Shown one piece after another: positions 58,302 through 64,000 of a stretch of DNA of 64,000 nucleotides. Both the position numbers and the translations under genes were made by a program. Position 1 is the stretch's first letter; every line of letters starts with the position of its first letter. Source of the DNA: Oceanispirochaeta sp. (GTDB lineage: Bacteria; Spirochaetota; Spirochaetia; DSM-2461); contig CAXXOA010000001.1 of assembly GCA_963666275.2 (NCBI GenBank), positions 800,001-864,000 on the forward strand, written 5' to 3'. The notes beneath the pieces were generated by a model, which made no database searches, had not been told where the DNA came from, and worked only from the letters and a program-made list of their open reading frames with translations.

Positions 58302-59030
58302 TTGAAATGCTTTTTCCGTTTTTTATCATCTCTGAGATTTACCATCCTGCTTCTGATCCTGCTGATCCTGGAAATTATACCGGCCACTCTGATCGTCCAG
58401 TTTCAGAGCCCCGAGTACTATCTCGTGCAATATCCTGTACTGGGACCCTTTATTCTTCTGACCGGCTATCACCATTTTTTCAGCTCACTGCTCTTCCTTG
58501 TACCGGCAGGGCTTTTCTGGATCAATATGGCATCCTGTACTGTCAGACGATTCCGGATACAGCTGAGAAAAAAAAGTCAGCGCCGTTTCGGTCCGGATAT
58601 CCTTCATCTGGGACTTCTTATCCTTATGATTGCCGGTATTCTCAGTTATATGACCAGTCAGAAGGGAATGGTTTTTCTGGGTCCCGGTCAGACTGCGGCC
58701 CTGCCCCGGGGAGAGTACCTGACTCTTCTGGATTTTGAGTTTGATACCTATCCCGACGGCCGTCCCAGCCGCTGGGCTTCCCGGGTCGTTATCTCTGACC
58801 AGCCCGGAGGAGAAGGGGAGGCCTTCACTCTTTCGGTCAACAATCCCCTCCGGAAAAAGGGGTATATCATTTACCAGGCATCCTATCAGGCCCTGGAGGG
58901 GGGTGAAGGGTATGAGTCGGGGCTGATGATGACATCAGATCCGGCCCGGGAAATGATAATCCTTTCCCTCATCCTCATTTCCATCGGCACAATGATGACG
59001 TTCTATCAGAAAAGGAGTGAGCTTTCATGA
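58302..59030 (+). CDS. Short ResB/Ccs1-like cytochrome c biogenesis protein (system II)
   Basis: LSSLRF, NMASCT, ILHLG..I..G, SVNNPL...GY.IYQASY and DP motifs. Overlaps ccsA. Confidence 0.8.
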   Translation: MKCFFRFLSSLRFTILLLILLILEIIPATLIVQFQSPEYYLVQYPVLGPFILLTGYHHFFSSLLFLVPAGLFWINMASCTVRRFRIQLRKKSQRRFGPDILHLGLLILMIAGILSYMTSQKGMVFLGPGQTAALPRGEYLTLLDFEFDTYPDGRPSRWASRVVISDQPGGEGEAFTLSVNNPLRKKGYIIYQASYQALEGGEGYESGLMMTSDPAREMIILSLILISIGTMMTFYQKRSELS

Positions 59031-59815
59031 TTTTTACTATCGGCATCTATCTTTCCGTATTCCTTTCAGCCCTCTATCAGGGGATTTCCCTGTTCAGAAA
59101 GAAGCCATTTCCCGTCAGGATTACTGGAGTGATCAATCTGATCATAGCCGCTCTGCTTCTGATTCTGCTGATTATCCGGTCTCTTCAGATCCGTTTCATA
59201 GCATTGACAAGTACCTATGAATCCCTTCTGTTCTACGCTCTGGGGATTCTGGTGCTTACGGGCTGGTACGGATGGCAGAAAAAGTTCAGGCCCTATGGGA
59301 TCATTCCTTTTTTTGCCACTCTGACAGTATTGGGGCTGCTTCTGGTTGCATCATCTCCTCTTGTGTCTCCCGAGCTGAAGCCCCCTGTTCCGGCCCTGCA
59401 GTCGGGATGGCTGATACTCCATGTGGTGCTTTCGTTTGTGGGTGAATCTTTTTTCGTATTCTCTTTCATAACAGCTCTGTTATACCTGATCAGCAGGGAT
59501 CAGGAAAAAAAGATCAACTATGACAGGCTTACCTATGCGGCTGTCTCGGTTGGTTTCCCTGTGTTTACCCTGGGGGCTCTGGTATTCGGAGCCGTATGGG
59601 CCGAAGCGGCCTGGGGCGCTTTCTGGTCCTGGGATCCCAAAGAGACCTGGGCCCTTATAACCTGGCTGGTCTATGCTCTGTATCTGCATTTCAGGATATA
59701 CAGAAAACAGAGAAAAACTGCCAGTGCCTGGTTTGCCCTTATAGGATTCCTGTCAACACTGTTTACCTTTTTCGGCGTGAATTATTTACTGGGAGGTCTT
59801 CACAGCTACGGTTGA
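59027..59815 (+). CDS. ccsA: Cytochrome c biogenesis protein CcsA/ResC
   Basis: PALQS.WLILHV, WWD motif WAEAAWGAFWSWDPKETW, YLH and GLHSY. Confidence 0.93.
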   Translation: MIFTIGIYLSVFLSALYQGISLFRKKPFPVRITGVINLIIAALLLILLIIRSLQIRFIALTSTYESLLFYALGILVLTGWYGWQKKFRPYGIIPFFATLTVLGLLLVASSPLVSPELKPPVPALQSGWLILHVVLSFVGESFFVFSFITALLYLISRDQEKKINYDRLTYAAVSVGFPVFTLGALVFGAVWAEAAWGAFWSWDPKETWALITWLVYALYLHFRIYRKQRKTASAWFALIGFLSTLFTFFGVNYLLGGLHSYG

Positions 59816-59875
59816 TATCCCTTCGCTGTAAAAAGGGGGGAAGGAAATGATGCCCTCAAAACGGACATCATCCTT

Positions 59876-60370
59876 CTATTCGGCCTGGGGTACGGACTGT
59901 ACCTCTGCCAGGTCATGGATCTCTCCGGAGGTCATAACCCTGTTAAGATCAAGGATAATGATAAAGTCCTCATCTTTGCGTCCCATCCCTTTGATAAAGG
60001 AGGAATCGATCTCCGTTCCGATCTGAGGGGCCGGTTCAATGGTGTCCGCATCAATATCGATAACTTCGCTTACCGCATCAGTCATAAGGCCCATTGTCAC
60101 TGTATTTTCTTCCATAGTCAGTTCGGTTACAATGATGCTTGTATCAACAGATTTTTCTGTTTCCCCGATACCGAATTTCATTTTCAGATCAATAACCGGT
60201 ACAACGCTCCCTCTGAGATTGATAATTCCTCTCATAAATCCGGGCATTCTGGGAATTTTAGAGACACTCTGAAATTCAAGAACTTCCCGGATCTGATGCA
60301 CACTCAGTGCATAGTGCTCATCGCTAACCCTGAATGTCAGGTATTGATTTGTTCCCACTTCTTCCATCAC
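59876..60370 (-). CDS. cheW: Chemotaxis coupling protein CheW
   Basis: YLTF, GIINLRG.VVPVIDL and IILDL. Confidence 0.93.
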   Translation of the reverse strand: MMEEVGTNQYLTFRVSDEHYALSVHQIREVLEFQSVSKIPRMPGFMRGIINLRGSVVPVIDLKMKFGIGETEKSVDTSIIVTELTMEENTVTMGLMTDAVSEVIDIDADTIEPAPQIGTEIDSSFIKGMGRKDEDFIIILDLNRVMTSGEIHDLAEVQSVPQAE

Positions 60371-60536
60371 ACAAACTCCCTGTCGCTGTTCAAATCAAAT
60401 GAACAGAATCTTCTCATCATATTACCTTAAATTATATCTCTTTCACCAATAATTGAAAGGATGTAACAGTTACAAAGTCTTTTTTCTTTTTTTTACCTTG
60501 CCTTTCCCTTAAAATTTACTGAATCAGGAGGAATCT

Positions 60537-62531
60537 ATGGTACAACAGATCAAAGTAAGGACCAAACTTTTAGTAAGTTTTTCTCTGCTTGTTGTTTTCA
60601 CAATCGTCGTGGGATATATGGGAATCCGCGGTATTAATCAGATCAACTATCAGAATGAGATCAGTGAACTTGCCAACAGGATTCTGGTGGATTCTCAGGA
60701 TGTTCAGACAGGATCTCTCAGATATATCATCTATCAGGATGATCAATATATGGATATGGCCGAAGAGGAAACCGGCAATGTCCTTTCCAACGCCCAGGCG
60801 GCGGAAGATCTGATGCTGTCCGAGGAGAATAAAGTACACACCAGGGAACTCATGAGCGATATGACTGAGTATCATGGTCAGATCGAAGAGTATGCGACCA
60901 TACAGAATCAGATCAATCTGGCGGGAGAACGGCGGGCTGAAGCGGCGCAGCAGGTTCTGGACAATGTGGTGGCTATGGTGGAAGCCGCCAGAGCCGGTAT
61001 AGAACAGGCCACCGTTAACGGCAGAGTCGAAAAGGTCAGGGTGGACCGTCTTGAAGCGCTCCAGGCGGTAAGGGATGGCACAAACCGGTTCAGAATCACT
61101 GCTCAGAAGTATCAGCTCGCACTGACAGAAGAAGAGCGAACCAGCATGGGAGAACTCTGGGAAAGCCAGATCAATGAGGTTGAAGTCCTCATTGCCAGAG
61201 CCAGGGTCCTCTCGGACAGTGAACAGATGCTTGATTATCTGGATGACAGCCTGGAGAGTCTGAAACTCTATAGGGACAATGTGGACACATTCCAGTATCT
61301 GGAACAGCAGCAGCTGGATATCCAGGAAAGACAGAGAGAGGCATCTCAGCGGGTGGGAGACAGTGCCCGGGAAATCAGGGACGGTGTCAGAGAGGTCATC
61401 GACCGGGTTACCCGGAACAATACCCTGCTTGCCCTTGTATTTGCTCTGGTTTCGGCGGTTCTGGGAATCCTGATCGCTATTATTCTGACCAAATCCATTA
61501 CATCCCAGCTGGGGGGGGAACCCTATGAAATCGTAGAGGTGACGGGTAAAATAGCTCAGGGCGATCTAAACATTCAGTTCCCTGAACGGAAACTCACCGG
61601 TGTGTACGCTTCCATGCAGGATATGACGAACCAGCTGACCACCATTGTCAATGATATAGTGGGAGCTTCAGAACAGATTACCAGCGGAAGCGAGCAGATT
61701 TCTTCCACAGCGCAGCAGATCTCTTCCGGTACCAGTGAGCAGGCTTCCAATATGGAGGAGGTCTCCGCTTCTATCGAGGAGCTGAATGCCAATATACAAC
61801 AGAATACCGACAACTCCCAGCAGTCGAATAGTATGGCCAAAAAGGTGGCTGATGATTCACAGGAGGGGAGCGAGGCCGTAGCGGAAACCGTTACTGCCAT
61901 GAAAGAGATTGCCGAGAAAATTTCGGTTATTCAGGATATTGCCAGGAGCACTAACATGCTGGCCCTGAATGCGGCGATAGAAGCGGCAAGAGCCGGAGAA
62001 GCGGGAAGAGGATTTGCCGTTGTGGCATCGGAAGTCCGGAAACTGGCCGAATCCAGCGGCAATGCGGCAAAAGAGATTACCGAGATTACCCAGAACAGTG
62101 TGCATCGCGCCATTGCTGCTCAGGAGATGATCGAGCAGGTTGTTCCCGCCATGAGGAAAACAGCCGATCTTGTAGAAGAGATTACCATGGCCAGTCAGGA
62201 GCAGAACAAAGGATCCGAGCAGATCAATGCCGCTGTTGTTCAGCTCGATACGGTCATTCAGCAGAATGCTTCTGCTTCGGAGGAACTGGCTTCCATGTCG
62301 GAGGAGCTGCTCTCCCAGGCTACGGCTATGAAAGACACGATCGGATTCTTCAAAGCAGGAAAAAAGACCAATCAGAGAGCTGTCAAAAACCTTGAGTACA
62401 AAACGGATGAGCATAATGAAAAAGGTTTTCATCAATCTTCCCTGAAACAGGATACCCGGCTGGCGGAGTTTGAAACAAAGGGCGACTATGCTCCCTCTGG
62501 GGGTTATGAACAGGATTTTGAGGAGTTTTAG
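60537..62531 (+). CDS. Methyl-accepting chemotaxis protein (helical periplasmic sensor, HAMP)
   Basis: Two TMs, LGGEP and [38 protein letters not shown]. Confidence 0.93.
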   Translation: MVQQIKVRTKLLVSFSLLVVFTIVVGYMGIRGINQINYQNEISELANRILVDSQDVQTGSLRYIIYQDDQYMDMAEEETGNVLSNAQAAEDLMLSEENKVHTRELMSDMTEYHGQIEEYATIQNQINLAGERRAEAAQQVLDNVVAMVEAARAGIEQATVNGRVEKVRVDRLEALQAVRDGTNRFRITAQKYQLALTEEERTSMGELWESQINEVEVLIARARVLSDSEQMLDYLDDSLESLKLYRDNVDTFQYLEQQQLDIQERQREASQRVGDSAREIRDGVREVIDRVTRNNTLLALVFALVSAVLGILIAIILTKSITSQLGGEPYEIVEVTGKIAQGDLNIQFPERKLTGVYASMQDMTNQLTTIVNDIVGASEQITSGSEQISSTAQQISSGTSEQASNMEEVSASIEELNANIQQNTDNSQQSNSMAKKVADDSQEGSEAVAETVTAMKEIAEKISVIQDIARSTNMLALNAAIEAARAGEAGRGFAVVASEVRKLAESSGNAAKEITEITQNSVHRAIAAQEMIEQVVPAMRKTADLVEEITMASQEQNKGSEQINAAVVQLDTVIQQNASASEELASMSEELLSQATAMKDTIGFFKAGKKTNQRAVKNLEYKTDEHNEKGFHQSSLKQDTRLAEFETKGDYAPSGGYEQDFEEF

Positions 62532-64000
62532 GAGATAATCCGGTCTGTTGTGAATTTTTCCAGCGTCTCGAGAAGGGACTTTGAATTGACTGGCTTGGCA
62601 ACAACCTCTTTGAATCCTTCGGATTTAAAGAGGTTGATATCTTCTTCCTGACAGTAGGCGGTAAGAGCCAGAACGGGGAGATCAAGTCCCTCTTCCTTTA
62701 TGGCGCGCATGATGTCCACACCGCTGAATCCGGGCAGTCCGATATCCAGAAGAGCCATATCGTAGTTGTCTTCTTTCAGAAGCTCCATGGCTTCTTTTCC
62801 GTTGATCCCTGTGATCACCTCGTAACCCGCTTCACAAAGGATCATTTCCATATAGTAGAGAGAGACTGTATCATCCTCAACCACCAGGATCTTTCCCCGG
62901 CCGGGTATTTTCTTTGCCATCAGTGGTTCCCCGGACTCCTCATCCGGCTGATGGGGAGGAATCCTCACAGTAAAGACTGTGCCCTGTTCATCAGATGTCA
63001 TATCAATGGTTCCCCCCATCTGGATCGTAATATCCTTTGTGATGGCCAGTCCCAGTCCCAGACCTTTCTTTTCCCTGATATACCCGTTCTGCACCTGAAC
63101 ATAGGGTTTGAAAATGATTTCCCCTTTATCAGGAGGGATCCCCACTCCCTGATCCTGTATTGTCATGATCAGGTCCTGATCTACTGAGAGAGAGACTGTA
63201 ACAGTTCCTTTCAGAGAGTATTTGATGCTGTTGGTTATGAGGTTGTCCAGGATCTGAAGAATCCTGGTTTCATCGCCTGAAAAGTCCAGTCCTCTCCCGA
63301 TTGTTTTTATGGAAAAGTTGAGTCCTTTCTCGGCACACTGAACCTGGTATTTCTGTTTCAGCAGGGTAATCAGGGTTATCAGGGTAAAACGTTTATACTG
63401 AAAGTAGAGGGTCCGGTTTTCAAGCTGGGTATAGTCCAGGATATCATTGATCAGCCTTGACAGCTGCCTGGCGGAATAGGTTGTCAGTTCGATATAGGAT
63501 TTCACCTCATCATCTTCTATCTGTTTCTGATTCAGCAGATCCAGCATTCCCAGAATCCCGTTCAGGGGTGTCCGAAGCTCATGATTGATATTGGAGAGGA
63601 GCTGGTTCTTTTCCCTGTTGGCTTTTTCCGCTTCCTCTTTGGCTTTCTGAAGCTCTTCTGTTCTGCTTCTTATTCCCTCTTCCAGGGCTGTGTTGAAAGA
63701 GAGGGTCTGATCCAGGGATTTTTTAAGAGTAATGTGGGTATTCACCCGGGAGAGAACATCAATAGGTATAAAGGGTTTTGTGATATAGTCGGCTCCGCCT
63801 GCGGAAAAGCCTTTGACTTTATCCTCCATTGTTATCATCCCTGAAATGAATATCACAGGGATCATTTGGAGCTCTTCTGTGCTTTTGAATCTTTTGCAGA
63901 GAGTAATTCCGTCCATATCCGGGATATTGATATCCAGGATAAACAGATCGGGAGCTTTTATGCCGGCCTGTTCAATGATTCTGCGGGATTCAGTGAAACC
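62528..64000 (-). CDS. Hybrid histidine kinase REC-HisKA-HATPase-REC, 5' end outside the window
   Basis: Frame is open to the window end ([16 protein letters not shown]). Has [20 protein letters not shown] and a C-terminal REC (VEDD..LLDIGLP..AKP). Confidence 0.9.
   Translation of the reverse strand, partial: GFTESRRIIEQAGIKAPDLFILDINIPDMDGITLCKRFKSTEELQMIPVIFISGMITMEDKVKGFSAGGADYITKPFIPIDVLSRVNTHITLKKSLDQTLSFNTALEEGIRSRTEELQKAKEEAEKANREKNQLLSNINHELRTPLNGILGMLDLLNQKQIEDDEVKSYIELTTYSARQLSRLINDILDYTQLENRTLYFQYKRFTLITLITLLKQKYQVQCAEKGLNFSIKTIGRGLDFSGDETRILQILDNLITNSIKYSLKGTVTVSLSVDQDLIMTIQDQGVGIPPDKGEIIFKPYVQVQNGYIREKKGLGLGLAITKDITIQMGGTIDMTSDEQGTVFTVRIPPHQPDEESGEPLMAKKIPGRGKILVVEDDTVSLYYMEMILCEAGYEVITGINGKEAMELLKEDNYDMALLDIGLPGFSGVDIMRAIKEEGLDLPVLALTAYCQEEDINLFKSEGFKEVVAKPVNSKSLLETLEKFTTDRIIS

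Overview
A 64 kb chromosomal segment, probably from a free-living anaerobic spirochaete (inferred from spirochaete-style solute-binding-protein leaders such as 'LMAEGQSD' and 'FANGTGEE', and the many chemoreceptors). From left to right it holds: (1) a citrate lyase cluster citE-citF-citG-citX, a beta-propeller sensor kinase with a UvrY/NarL-type regulator, and a tctCBA tricarboxylate transporter; (2) an MCP, ogt, zupT, an overlapping two-nuclease pair (Cas4-like/DUF2779 plus MYG1-like), an MCP with two extracytoplasmic CZB domains, a lipoprotein, a candidate small RNA or leaderless peptide, a TauE exporter, a hybrid kinase, an ABC-2 exporter and monomeric isocitrate dehydrogenase; (3) csoR-copA, where copA has a C-terminal CopZ-like domain with its own RBS, followed by a degenerate histidine kinase, an SBP, a diguanylate cyclase and yjbQ; (4) an AT-rich sugar-catabolism island (about 35.6-48.3 kb) with a ROK kinase, ABC transporter, HxlB-like isomerase, transketolase and ROK repressor, in which an intact IS66 splits a permease and an IS3 sits inside a hollowed-out IS1182-like element; (5) an AAA_14/DUF4143 gene bracketed by a diverged duplication of the prkA 3' end; (6) a four-gene PrkA-YeaH-SpoVR-PrkA' operon whose second ATPase lacks the Walker B glutamate; (7) small genes, a compact system II cytochrome c biogenesis pair, cheW, an MCP and a partial hybrid kinase. 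No CRISPR array, tRNA or rRNA was seen. All family assignments come from motif recognition by eye, not database searches.
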